The notes under the pieces are model-generated. The model was not told where the DNA came from and did not search any database. It was given only the letters and a program-made list of their open reading frames with translations. Positions 1 to 13,130 of a stretch of 64,000 bases of DNA are shown piece by piece. The translations under genes were made by a program, and so were the position numbers. The stretch spans positions 19,282,001-19,346,000 of the forward strand of contig OX597821.1 in NCBI GenBank assembly GCA_951406725.2, in the 5' to 3' direction. How positions within the stretch are numbered: the stretch's first letter is position 1; each line of letters starts with the position of its first letter. Source of the DNA: Octopus vulgaris. Lineage: Eukaryota.

Positions 1-149
1 TATTTGTCTCCAGCGAGAACATTTTTTCATGGCAAAATACAGCAAACTGTGTTGTTACGGGTTCGAAAATACCTCAAACATATTTAAACCAGTAACGGAT
101 ATATATATTTCGTTTTTGTAAAATTACTTTACTGGTCATTTTTCGTTGA

Positions 150-840
150 TTGCATCCTCCAGATTCATCGATTTTTGGCAGTAAATATCTGAAAAACACA
201 TATAATCCCACCAAACATGTTTTGGGGATGCAGTTCAGCTTTCGATGTGGTTTGTGCTGGTTCTTTACACTTGGACCATGATCATTTTCGATTTATGTTA
301 TTCTAGAAAATCCATTTTTCATCACCAGTAATCATTTGTTTCAAAACAAGATCGATTTCATTGCGCTTGAGATGCATATCGCAAATATTGATTCATTGTG
401 TTAAGTGAATCACTTTCAATTTATGTGAAACCCAAATATCGAGCTTCTTCACGAGTCCAAGGCATTTTAAGTGATTTTCAATTGTTGTGTGTGATATATT
501 TAACCTTTCCGCAATCTCTTGCACAGTTTATATGATAATCACATTCAGTTATGGCTGTGATTCGGTCATCATCAACTTTGATTGAAAAGTCTCCAGAATG
601 GAAATTTTAAAACCATTTCAGACACGTTAGTTCTATTAAGCAACCAACACCATAAACTTATATCTATTCGTAAGCCACAGCAGCTTTTTTGCCTTTGTGT
701 AAATAAAAAAGTGAAAATGTTCCTTTTTGTGCTCAATATTAAGATTGACACTCAGCTAACAGCTATAGACAAAATTACGTGCAATTTGCTTCTAAAATAC
801 GCTAAAAGTAACGGCTATCAAATGTCAAATGGAAAAATAA
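150..840 (-). mobile_element. Decayed mariner (DD34D-type) transposase relic
   Basis: Manual minus-strand translation gives TVQEIAERLNISHTTIENHLKCLGLVKKLDIWVSHKL...MITGDEKWIF*...ELHPQ, matching the mariner HTH, WVPHEL and TGDEKW motifs. Contains stops and frameshifts. Confidence 0.85.
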
Positions 841-869
841 TAACGTCGGCAAAGTATATATATAAAATA

Positions 870-1105
870 AAAATAATTATAAAATATATCAAGTACAGGA
901 CATCACCAACGAGTGAAAAATACGTAGACACACGAGCGATAAGTACAGGACAAATTACCATACAATATACAATAAGAACAGGACATCACCAACGCGTATA
1001 AAATACGTAAACACATGATGAGAGACAAGTACGGGACAAAATACCGCATAAGTTTAACCCCTCCTCGGTTGTCGACTGTAATTACTCCTTATTTCGAGGT
1101 TTAAT
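870..1105 (-). repeat. Penelope pLTR-like non-coding repeat with an internal ~83-bp tandem duplication
   Basis: AAG(T/A)ACAGGACATCACCAACG block repeats at ~891 and ~974. Similar to 1849-2060. Ends next to (TA)n. Confidence 0.45.
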
Positions 1106-1126
1106 TAAATATATATAATATAAATA

Positions 1127-1157
<31 letters not shown>

Positions 1158-1194
1158 AATGCAGACACACACACACACACACACACACACGCAT

Positions 1195-1232
<38 letters not shown>

Positions 1233-1396
1233 TGAAGAGGCTTTATTAGGTAAATCTGTTCGATTTTTTAAATTTTACATGATCTGAGTTCAAACCGGTG
1301 AAAACCAGATTGATTTTATCTTTTAAATTGTTTTTTTTTTATTTGATTTACAAATATGCAGAATGTTGAAAAGTAACACACGAGTAAATATATATA

Positions 1397-1583
1397 TGGG
1401 AGAAAGTCAACGTTGAAATTACTAAAATAATTTTATGAAAACATTTCAGTGCCGGTTTCCGTCATTAAGTCTTTTTCAACTGTAAGTATGGAAAACAATT
1501 AAATTTCGGAAAAATTAAAGGAAAAGTTTTTTAAAAGAATACTTGTATACTATTCAATTACAAAAGGCATTTTCCTTGTCTCT

Positions 1584-1614
<31 letters not shown>

Positions 1615-1725
1615 CTTAATTGTTTACCATACTTACAGTTGAAAAAATCTCAATGGCCGAAAGCGGTACTGAAATGACCCCCCCTATAAAATTATTTTAG
1701 CATTTTCTACCTTGACATTTTCCCG
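1397..1725. mobile_element. Fold-back element: inverted ~105-bp arms, each with a hammerhead-like motif
   Basis: 1397-1503 is the approximate reverse complement of 1616-1725. Right arm reads CAG-TTGAAAA-...-GAAA-GCGG-TA-CTG (1636-1671). Flanked by (TA)n. Confidence 0.75.
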
Positions 1726-1759
1726 TATATATATATATATATATATGTATGTATATATG

Positions 1760-1843
<84 letters not shown>

Positions 1844-1848
1844 TATAT

Positions 1849-2250
1849 GGGTACAGGATGTCACCAACAGTAAACAGAATGAAATACGAAAACAAATGAG
1901 TTCTATAAAAAACGACGAGGGAAACAAATGGAAAACAAGAAAAGTAATGCATAGAATAATCGTTCATCTGTTGTTGGCTGTCTACTCCTCATTTCGAGTA
2001 TTGAACGACAATATGAATCTTCGAAGACAGTTGATCCCAGAAGTACCAAAATAAAATTTGAGATTTACGGAGGGTCAAAGTTAGGAACGAAAGTAGGGCA
2101 GTTGAGACATACAAGGAAACCGAACGAAAACAAACATGGACGGTCGTTAGACCAGAACGAGGGCAAAGTAGCGAACGCTTGAGAAATATTGTCATTGTCA
2201 AGAGAAAATATAGAAAAAGGAGATAGAATACGTCCAGTTTTTAGGATAGT
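1849..2250 (-). repeat. Penelope pLTR-like repeat with a degenerate hammerhead
   Basis: Minus strand reads CTGTC-TTCGAAGA-...-ACTC-GAAA-TGAGGAG-TA-GACAG (stem I CTGTC/GACAG). Follows a (TA)n tract. Confidence 0.45.
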
Positions 2251-3287
2251 GATGAAAGAAAAGGAGGAAAGGAAACATGGACGATGGTCACGTGTAAGCA
2301 ACGAGAGAGAGAACAGGAGAAAGAGGGGAAGAGAAAGAGAGACAGATAAAAACGGTGAAAGAGAAAAAACAGGGAATTAGAGAAAGGATGAGAGAGAAAA
2401 CGATGGGGGATATATACGTATGTATCTATATGTATGTATGTATATATGTATGCATGCATGTATGTATGATGAATGTGCATATGTGTGTGCATGCAAGTGT
2501 GTTTGTATTCGTACAGGCGTACATCTGTTTATGTGTGTGTGGATGTACACTTATCAGTTCTGTTTTTGTTATTCCAAGCGATGGAGAAAAAGCAGAAGTG
2601 CTGCTTCTTTCCCTCGAGAATATACGTGGACTCTGCTTTGTGAATACCAAATGTTAAATAATATACAGATGTTCGACCTCAATTATTTGACACGGCTTTT
2701 ATAATTAAGTCAATAACGTGTAATTGCCCCTTGGTATCTGAAGGTTAAATAGCCCCTTATCACTATGAAAATTGACCCCATATAAGCATGCTTGAGAGTG
2801 GTTTTGTACAAAAGCATCGCGTGTGTATGTAACTGGGTGTTTAGATGTGTATGTAAATGCACTGAAATGTTTGAATTGAAGGCCTAAATGTTTGTACGTG
2901 AGTTGGTGTCTGGAAGAACGCAGGCGAGTATATATTTAGTCTTATGCGTTCAAATGTAAGTTTCTGTCTTAATGTTTGCAGTGTAACTAGCATCGTGCAT
3001 GAATATTTAGCGTACACATGTTTTATGATATATTGCTTTGTCTTCTAGCGTGTGTGTGTGTCAGTGTGTATGTTGCTGTTTCTGTAAATGTTTATGATTC
3101 TACTATGTATGTATGTATGCGGACGTATGTGTATGTGAGTAATGTGAATGCGTGTATGCGTTGGTGTGTGTGCTGTCTAGTTCGCAGCTTGACAATACTC
3201 TGTTGCCTTCAATTAAATGCTCACAAAGGTAATTAACCTTGGCTATCCAATAAGATAATTATATTAGCCTTTTTGCATAAGCTAGAA

Positions 3288-3458
3288 CATTATCATCATC
3301 ACCATCATCATCATCATCATCATCATCATCGTCGTCGTCATCGTCCTCAACATCTCCATCATCATCATCATTATCATCATGATCATCATGATCATCATCC
3401 ACATCATCATCATCATCATCATCGTCGTCGTCGTCGTCGTCATCATCCTCATCATCTC

Positions 3459-3504
<46 letters not shown>

Positions 3505-3527
3505 TCCATCATCATCTCCATCATCAT

Positions 3528-3559
<32 letters not shown>

Positions 3560-3570
3560 TTATTATTATT
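3288..3570. repeat. (CAT)n microsatellite
   Basis: Seen directly. Source of the poly-H, poly-M and poly-I ORFs. Confidence 0.95.
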
Positions 3571-4083
3571 AATGCTACGACCAGAAAAAGCTGCGCGTCA
3601 AAAAAAAAGTGCTCTGTGTTATGAATTCAAATAACGTTGTTGTTAACTTTGCATTTTATCATTTCGGTAGAGCAGCAAAATGCAAGTCGCCTTCACATAG
3701 TCCGAAGTAGCTCTTCTTTTCCGTATTGCCAACATCCAGTGTTGCTGTGACTAATATATGGTGGATTTCATCATGCGCACCTGATCGAGTGTTATAAATA
3801 GGGGAAGGCTCTTGGTGGTGTTAGCGTGTGATGATGCTTCGCATACTGAAATAGTAGCTATATGATAATTGGACTGAGCGCCAGTTAAATATTTACTATA
3901 TATGTGATTTTCTGGAAAATATTTGTTTAAGAGAGAGAGAGAGAAATTTATTACCTACGTTAGTTTGAACATTAAGGAAATAAGAAGGGGTGAATCAATT
4001 TATTCTCCTAGGTCTATTTTAAGATTTTCCTTATATCACTAGAGGGGTTGTATATTAATTCATCATTAAAGCTACTATTGGCG

Positions 4084-4115
<32 letters not shown>

Positions 4116-4233
4116 ATTATTGAAGTAGATAAATGAATTATCCTATTACGGATAATTCAAATGATAACCGATACTTGGGTAGCAAAAATCACAACAGAAA
4201 ACGCACGGTTGAAGTTACGACCATGGGGCATAA

Positions 4234-4848
4234 AAACCGTGCCTTAACAATAATATTAGCAGCGGTTTTAACAACAGTAGTATTACGGACATTATCAATC
4301 ACAGCATTCCCAGTAACAGGGAATATGCAGGTCATATTGCCTTAAATAGTAATGATAATGGGGTGAATAATATCGAATCCAGCGGTAGTTTTTACAATCA
4401 TCATAGTAATAAGAACGCTGTATTAATATCGGAAACCAATCCCAATAGATTAAGGTTCTTATCTAGCAACTCCAAGATTAGAAACGCCATTTACCAGTGC
4501 AGAGTTTATACTGAATCCGATGTCTTCACTTATATCGGAGCTTCATCATCGAAATTGGCCATTAGAATATCGAATCATTTTTCCACGTTCCGTGATAAGG
4601 ATAAGCAACACGCTACGGGGCTAAGCAAATTAGTCTGGCGTTTGAAGAACGCGAATTCAACTTTTAGACTGGAATGGTCAATTTTATCGGTGTCTTTACC
4701 GTTTGATAAGGGCAAAAAATTCTGTGCTCTTTGTAACTCAGAACTTTTTCATATTTTGTTCGTCCGAGGGCAGCTTGTTAACTCGATTGTGCAGAATTCT
4801 TTCAGATGCCCCCACTGGAAACGGCATACCTTTCTCTCATACCAATGA
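4234..4848 (+). CDS. GIY-YIG endonuclease of a Penelope-like element, with no RT upstream
   Basis: NAIYQC...TYIGASS...IRISNH...ATGLSKLVW...LEWSIL...CALCNSE...LVN...FRCPH is the Penelope/Poseidon-type endonuclease pattern. Frame is open from 4234 through an Asn/Ser-rich region. Confidence 0.85.
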   Translation, partial: KPCLNNNISSGFNNSSITDIINHSIPSNREYAGHIALNSNDNGVNNIESSGSFYNHHSNKNAVLISETNPNRLRFLSSNSKIRNAIYQCRVYTESDVFTYIGASSSKLAIRISNHFSTFRDKDKQHATGLSKLVWRLKNANSTFRLEWSILSVSLPFDKGKKFCALCNSELFHILFVRGQLVNSIVQNSFRCPHWKRHTFLSYQ

Positions 4849-5425
4849 AGTCTAATATAGATAGCCCCTGGATTTCCTAAAAAAATGGGAAAAAAAATTT
4901 GAATAAAATTTGAAAGGGGATATCCCTTCCCTGTTAGTATAAGAACTACTTGTCAAGAACTGCTGCCATCCCTGACAGCAACACTGTATCCTGCCATGGC
5001 CATTGTGGAAACCCTCTCTCTATCAAGTGGTCACATACGAACACACAGACACAGTTTTTTCAGTTTCTTGACCATTAATACCTGCTATATATCTCTCTCT
5101 CTTTCTGCCTTCGAAACACACTGTCACACATACATAGACGCACACACACATACATTAAAGCAATTTCTCACACTCAAACACTCTAACACGCATTCTTAAA
5201 ATAATTCAAATATAAACACCAGTCATACAGAATACATTCACACTCTTTGATTTTCCTGTACCCCCCTTCTGCCAACCGGATTCTGACCTTGAACTATCTC
5301 AACGGACAATCTCTTCTGCTTTCACCCAGCCTGGCGTCAACGCATATAGATAGACAGTTTGTGTCATTTATTTCATGGGCTCCTTGTGAGCGTTTGTGAA
5401 AAGCTTGTTGTGCATTTTGTTGGAG

Positions 5426-5511
5426 ATTTTCCTGAAGAGAAAGCTGCAAAATGGACTCCTTATTCAATCCGAATTAGGGACTTTGCAGCCTTCGAAACAT
5501 ATGTAGAAAAT
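5426..5511 (+). ncRNA. Type I hammerhead ribozyme (Penelope pLTR type)
   Basis: Stem I ATTTTC/GAAAAT; core CTGAAGA (5432-5438); stem II GCTGCAAA/TTTGCAGC; GAAA (5494-5497); palindromic mini stem III ACATATGT; predicted cleavage after GTA at 5505. Confidence 0.85.
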
Positions 5512-5562
5512 AATATAAAGGAATTTTGTTAAATCTTCGTTCAGCTCCATTTCTTCCTACAC

Positions 5563-5613
<51 letters not shown>

Positions 5614-5672
5614 GCGTGTGTGTATATCATAGCGATGAATTTACGTCTGTCAACGTATGCATATTTATGCAT

Positions 5673-5675
5673 ATC

Positions 5676-5768
<93 letters not shown>

Positions 5769-5769
5769 C

Positions 5770-5836
<67 letters not shown>
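5673..5836. repeat. (TATC)n microsatellite
   Basis: Seen directly. Confidence 0.95.
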
Positions 5837-5837
<1 letters not shown>

Positions 5838-6186
5838 ATTATTTATATAAATAAGGATAAGATCGTTATTTAAATATCGATCTAACCAAGTGACCACCAT
5901 GGGAATAAAAACCTTCAGAGTTAATAATTGTTATTAAACATTTTTGCTAGTTTATTTTGTCTTTTTGTCTTCTCTCCTGGTGCTGTATGAATATTTATTG
6001 TAGTTTTAGAGTCAAATTTTGTCTACTATTTGCATCTGGTGGTATTTTTTAGATAGCCTTAATTATAATTTTAATAATATCTATCTATATCTATATAGAT
6101 AGATAGTTTAATTATATATAACTGCACAGTCACACACGCGTGCGCAAACACACACACACACACACACATACACGCACACACACACG

Positions 6187-6223
<37 letters not shown>

Positions 6224-7084
6224 GTTCATTTAAAATGTGGGAAGACAATGAGAATGAGAGAGAGAGAGAGAGAGAAAGAATAGGGGAGGAAGAAAGAAGG
6301 AGAGTTAGGAAAGAGGTTTTAAGCACACAGATAGATTCGTGGGTATGTATCTATTTTAGCAGTATGCGATAAATGTATCTGGTGATGTTATGTTTGTGTT
6401 TTGAGGCGTATATTTGTTATATATGAATTGTGCATGACCTCTGTGTTAAGACAATGTCATGAGTATTGTCAACACTGGAACGGAATGAAGGATCAAATCT
6501 TGATCCAACTCTTGTTTACTATGATTATTGGTAAATCAGAGATTTTTGGCTCCAGCGTTGACATCTGGTTGGCAATACGGCGGATTTATCAAAATAGGAA
6601 CAAACAAATGTGATTAAATAGAAATAGTTAGAATATCAATGGGAATATGAGAAGGAGAGAGGAACTGGAAGTGGAAGGAAGAAGGAGTGGAAGAGACGGA
6701 GGAGAGAGAAATAGAAAGAAGATAGAAAAGAGGAGAGACTAATGAAATATAACACTGTCATTAAATATATGAAAACTCTGGCAGTATCGCAACGCCAACA
6801 ACACGAATAAATTCCCAACCCCAGCTTCATCAGCTCGTGCGACAACGACGTCATCTTTAATAACAGCAATGTAGGAAAGACAATTAAACAGATTGTTGCC
6901 AAAACAATAAGAAATACAAAGTGCTTAAGATAGTCTTCATGTTGGGGAATATTTAATGTTTGATAAATGAGGTGACATCATATATGTATATATAAATAAG
7001 CAATATAATATAATATGCATACATATGTACATGCATGCATACATAGATACACACACACATGTATAAATTATATATATATGAATT

Positions 7085-7124
<40 letters not shown>

Positions 7125-7126
<2 letters not shown>

Positions 7127-7543
7127 CGCAGGAGTGGCTATGTGGTAAGTAGCTTGCTAACCAACCACATGGTTCCGGGTTCAGTCCTACTGCGTGGCAT
7201 CTTGGGCAAGTGTCTTCTGCTAAAGCCCCGGGCCGACCAATGCCTTGTGAGTGGATTTGGTAGACGGAAACTGAAAGAAGCCTGTCGTATATATGTATAT
7301 ATATATATGTATGTATGTGTGTGTATGTGTTTGTGTGTGTGTTTGTCCCCCTAGCATTGCTTGACAACCGATGCTGGTGTGTTTACGTCCCCGTCACCTA
7401 GCGGTTCGGCAAAAGAGACCGATAGAATAAGTACTGGGCTTACAAAGAATAAGTCCCGGGGTCGATTTGCTCGACTAAAGGCGGTGCTCCAGCATGGCCA
7501 CAGTCAAATGACTGAAACATGTAAAAGAGTAAAGAGTAAAAGT
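7125..7543 (+). mobile_element. tRNA-derived SINE, family 1, full-length and uninterrupted
   Basis: A-box-like TGGCTATGTGGTAA, B-box-like GGTTCAGTCC, internal (TA)/(TG) tract and (AAAGAGT)n tail. Many copies occur in the window. Contains the empty target site AAGTAGCTTGCTAACC. Confidence 0.9.
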
Positions 7544-7639
7544 ATGTATATCCATATGATATACATACATATATGAATATATGTGTATTTCTCTGTACGT
7601 ATGTGTGGGCGTGCATGTGAGTGTGTGTATATATAAAAG

Positions 7640-7900
7640 AAGGCGTATGGCTTAGTGGTTAAGGCGTTGCAGACAGGATTGCGAGATCAAGCGCTCGTAT
7701 CTCAGACCGGGCGTTGCGTTGTGTTCTTGAGCAAAGTGTTTCATTTGATCTGCAATAAATTCGTCATCCGTTGCACCTGTACAGGTAATGTTAATTTGAT
7801 GGAGAGAGTCAGCTGATGTATATTCAAACAATTTATCACTATAAACAAATCATCTGTGGGGCTGTTCGGTAAGGAACTGTTGAACCCTCATACGTCGTCT
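7640..7900 (+). mobile_element. Degenerate tRNA-derived SINE related to the 9059 family
   Basis: GGCGTATGGCTTAGTGGTTAAGG...CAGACCGGGCGTTG head, similar to 9062 and 14583. Confidence 0.6.
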
Positions 7901-7949
7901 AACGACACATACACACACACGTACACATACATACATATATATATGTGTG

Positions 7950-8541
<592 letters not shown>

Positions 8542-8685
8542 AAAAAAGGCACATGTTTGGCTGTGTAGTAAGTCACTGTGGGTTCAGGCCCACTGCGTGG
8601 CATTTTGGGCAAGTGTCTTCAACAACAGCCTATGGCTCACTAAATGTTTGTAATTGGATTTGGTAGTTGGAAACTGAAGCCCCTC

Positions 8686-8738
<53 letters not shown>

Positions 8739-9058
8739 CATACATACATACATACATACAGAAAAGATTCTCTTAGTTGATTAATTAAAGGACTGGCGCC
8801 ATTCTGGAGCACTGCTTTCGACGGTTTGATCGATGCAATCACTCCAGTTGTTTTGTTTTTTTAATCTGGTATTTTCCCTATTGGTTTCTTCTTTCGCACC
8901 TTAATTTACAGGTATGCAAATATACTAACGGCAGCTGCCTTGCGAGCGAGAAAGACAGGATAAGAAAAATACCAAATCTGTGCCTCGCAAAGATGACCGT
9001 AGACTTCTTCCTGTCATCCGAGAATTCTCTTTTGTTTTATTTCCTACAATTATTTGTA

Positions 9059-9449
9059 AGTGGAGGCGCAATGGCCCAGTGATTAGGGCAACGGACTCGC
9101 GGTCATAGGATCGCGGTTTCGAATCCCAGACCGGGCGTTGTGAGTGTTTATTGAGCGAAAACACCTAAAAAAGCTTAACGAGGCTCCGGCAGGGGATGGT
9201 GGTGATCCATGCTGTACTCTTTCACCACAACTTTCTCTCACTCTTACTTCCTGTTTCTGTTGTACCTGTATTTCAAAGGGCCAGCTTTGTCACTCTCTGT
9301 GTCACGCTGAATATCTCCGAGAACTACGTTAAGGGTACACGTGTCTGTGGAGTGCTCAGCCACTTACACGTTAATTTCACGAGCAGGCTGTTCCGTTGAT
9401 TCGGATCAACCGGAACCCTCGTCGTCGTAACCGACCGAGTGCTTCCACC
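9059..9449 (+). mobile_element. tRNA-derived SINE (family 3) with a 13-bp TSD
   Basis: tRNA-like head GGCGCAATGGCCCAGTG...GGTTTCGAATCC. TSD ACAATTATTTGTA at 9046-9058 and 9450-9462. Confidence 0.88.
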
Positions 9450-9944
9450 ACAATTATTTGTATATTTTCTGGGTTTTTTAAACTCTTTATCATATTCATT
9501 TTTAAACACTTATCACAACTTCCCTCATTTTATGTAATTACTTTTCCCCACCTCATATCTCCCTCTCCGATCCATTTGCATTTGTAATGATGTTCTATGT
9601 ATGAAAGACTTAGGACATTTCCCTAAGTGGCTCTTCAAGTATTGCTCGATTGGTGGAAAAATTTCGTTGCCGTATTTGTTTTGAGTCTTTACATTCAGAG
9701 TTCAAATCCAGTCACGGATAAGAGTTCTTGTAATTTTTGTAGAGGCGATAAAATACTGTACAAATCAAGTATAAGGTGAGGAGCCTTCTGCCTAGATGCG
9801 AAACCTGTATTAATAATTGTAGGCGTGTAAGTTTTGATTCGCGAAAACCAGTGGCTGTTCACATCCTTTAAAACAGGTTTTATAACAATATTTTTGGTGA
9901 TACTGTTTCATTAGAATTGCTTACTTCACACATACAAGCATGCG

Positions 9945-10172
9945 TTAAAGCAAACATGTTCTCTTCCTTCCGGGGGACTACTTACATCACCTCATAATAT
10001 CAGGGACTTTGGATTAATTGTTGACAACAATCTCAGCTGGAGTACCTAAGTCAACAATACAATCGATATGACTCCCAGCAAGTGCTCCTGGATACTCAGA
10101 ACTTTCAGATTCAGCGAGCACGACGTCATCATTCGGCATTTCTCCTCCGTTGCAAGGCCACACTAGGAATAT
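9945..10172 (+). mobile_element. CR1-like LINE RT C-terminal fragment
   Basis: Translates as IRDFGLIVDNNLSWST*VN...CSWILRTF...RPH*EY. Homologous to the 52930-53110 region. Confidence 0.7.
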
Positions 10173-10360
10173 TATAAATTTACTAATTTTGACGCGAATG
10201 TTTCTCGATATTCGGATCTATGTATCCATATGCATATACATATATATACATATTCAAATAGATATTCATATATACATATACATATATGTCTGTATATAGA
10301 AATAAACATATGAATATATATATATATATATAAATACATGCACTCACATACATACATACA

Positions 10361-10390
<30 letters not shown>

Positions 10391-10391
<1 letters not shown>

Positions 10392-10920
10392 GATATGATG
10401 ATTTAGGATAGAGAAGAGAAAACTGCAGTTGTGGAAATTAGCTACCCAGCTGATGTTAACATAAAGCTGAAGATCATTGGAAAAGAGAATACCGATACTG
10501 AACTATTGAGAAATCTGCAGTTATTCTATCCAGGCTACAATTATTGGAGCCCTGCCTAAATACAAATCTTAAGAAATTAGGCTTCTCAAAACCAGATAGG
10601 AGAATACTAATTCAAAGACTACAGATCCAATCCGTCACTGGAACTGTAATGACCTTAAAACTTACCAGAGATTTATCATTTAAATATATATGAGCAAGTC
10701 TATATATGCATAAGACTACATACATAATGCAAAACGTGCATATCTGCACATATACATACATACATACATACATACATACATACATACATACATACATACA
10801 TACATACATACATACATACATAGAAATAAAAATATCCGGCTGTTGATGCTGAAATTCTAATGAAGGAGCTTTGAATCTAGGTTAGAAACGGCTTTTTTTC
10901 TATTGGCAAGAAATCTTGGA
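10391..10920 (+). mobile_element. 3' fragment of a non-LTR element with a restriction-like endonuclease
   Basis: DMMI*DREEK..VVEISYPADVNIKLK..KE...LLRNLQLFYP...IIGAL, a PD-(D/E)xK-type pattern. 3' UTR is interrupted by (CATA)n. Confidence 0.65.
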
Positions 10921-12250
10921 AACAAACATTGCAGATCAAGCTTTCCCCATTCACTATACGAGCCGTGCGCTTTCGCGCCGCACGCATAAGTTCTTCATGC
11001 TGGATACGTGCTCTCTCAAAAGTGTCGATCCCCTCCTTAACCTGCTTCCTCCATCTGTGGCGATGACAGGCATTGTTCTCCCAGTCAGTGTCCTGCATAT
11101 CACAGGCCTTTAATGAGGACTTGACACAGTCCTTAAATCGCAGCCTTGGTTCCTGCTGGAGTCTCCTTCCATTCACAAGTTCTCCATAGAGCATCTGCTT
11201 AGGAATCCTTCTATCCTTCATTCTAATAAGGTGTCCAGTCCTATGCAACCCGTTCTTGCGCACCATCGCCTCAATACCCAAGATATCAGCTGTCTTCAGG
11301 ATCTGTGTGTCTGGAATTTTTGAGGTCCAGCCAACATTGAGAATGTGTTTGAGACATCTCTGATGAAAACGTTCAAGGACCCTTACCTGACATTTGTACA
11401 GAGTCCACATGTCTCACATGAGTAGAGAAGCGATGTCAGTACACAAGCACGGTACACAGCAACTTTTGTTCTCCTTGCGATGCCATGTTGGGACCACGCA
11501 CGAGACTGAAGAGACCGGAAGGAATTAGTTGCTCTCTGCAACCTGAAAGATATTTCCTCATCCAGGGAGCAAGAACGACTGAGTGTGCTGCCCAGGTAGA
11601 CAAACGTATCTACTACCTTCAGAATTATTCCTTCAACCAAGATAGCTGGTTCTATATATGGATTTCCTGGTGCAGGCTGGAACATTACAACAGTGTTGTC
11701 CAGGCTAATGCTCAATCCAAATGCCCTGCAAGAAGCAGAAATGCAATTCATGAGTATTTGTATGTCATCCACTGTATGAGTGACTAAGTCACAGTCATCT
11801 GCATAAAGGAGGACACGAATAATAGACTGAGAAACCTTTGAATTGGCAGCAAATCGGCGAAGATTAAAGAGGCCGCCAGATTTTCGATATCTGACATATA
11901 TTCCCAGAGAGCTATCCTTAGCAAAAGCATGAGTAAAAGCAGCAGCAAAGTACAAAGAAAAGTGAGTTGGGGCAAGGATGTCACCCTGCTTGACACCATT
12001 CTCTACAGGAATGGGTCCCGCCATGGCACCACCAACATTGACCCAAGCCTCCATCTCATCATCAAATGATTTAATTATAGATACAAAGTGATCAGGACAT
12101 CCAAGTTTGCCGAGTATTTTCCATAGAAAGGCCCTATTTACAGTATCAAAGGCCTTAGTTAAATCAATGAATACCTGGACAAGATCCATATTCTGCTCAT
12201 AGCACTTCTCCTACATCTGTCCTGCTGTGAAAATCATATCCATTGTCCCT
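10921..12250 (-). pseudogene. RTE reverse transcriptase and C-terminal domain, frameshifted
   Basis: ORFs 11383..12189 (YADD) and 10877..11410. Confidence 0.9.
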
Positions 12251-13130
12251 CAACCAGATCGGACAAGCGAGTCTGAAGCTCTTTCCTAAACGCAACATCA
12301 TATACCTTGTGGACATTTAGGCGAGGAATGCTGACTGGTCCTCTTCTCTCTTTCGCCCTAATCACCATTCGGAACTTTGCTCGCACCAGACTGTGGTCTG
12401 TCCAGCATTCTGATCCATGCAAGGACTTGACCTTACAAATGTCATAAATGTCGCGCTTGCTGATGATGACATAATCCAGCAAGTGCCAAACTTTGGACCT
12501 TGGATGCATCCATGTTGTTGTGTGATCACCTTTGTGCTTGCAATGTAAAGTCCATGTTCTTCGCAAAGCTCCAGTTGCATGAGACCATTGCTATTCATTT
12601 TCCCTACTCCAAAACGTCCTAGAGAGTTCCATGTTTGCAAGTCTGTTCCAACTCTGGCATTAAAATCTCCCAGTAGAATGACTTTATCAGAATTGGGGAT
12701 TTTTCTAAGTATGGCTCTCAGCTGGGTATAAAAGATTGTTTTATCTTCATCACAGCTAGGCAAAGTAGGTGCATAGGCACTTATTAGAGTAGCAAACCGC
12801 TTACCTTTCAAGTGCAACCGTAGGGTCATTATACGTTCATTAATAGGAACAGGGAGCTCTTCCGACTTCTTAAGGATATCAGATCGGACTGCAAAACCAA
12901 CACCAGCCTCTCTGCGCTCCTCCTTCTGCCTTCCTTTCCAAAAAAAGGTGATTCTATCTCCTACTTCCTCAAGCTGACCATCACCTTCTATACGAGTCTC
13001 TGAGAGTGCAGCTATAGCAATTCTATAACGGTTCAGCTCACGAGCAACAAGTGCAGTGCGTCTTTCAGGCCTGCAGTCACTCTTGTTGTCCAACAGGGTG
13101 CGCACATTCCAACATGAAATGTTTAAGTTC
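12234..13130 (-). pseudogene. RTE APE endonuclease domain, frameshifted
   Basis: ORFs 12362..13105 and 12234..12566. Confidence 0.9.

Noticed and set aside
582-1001. 139-aa ORF
   Set aside because: Spans the antisense of a mariner relic plus an unrelated repeat.
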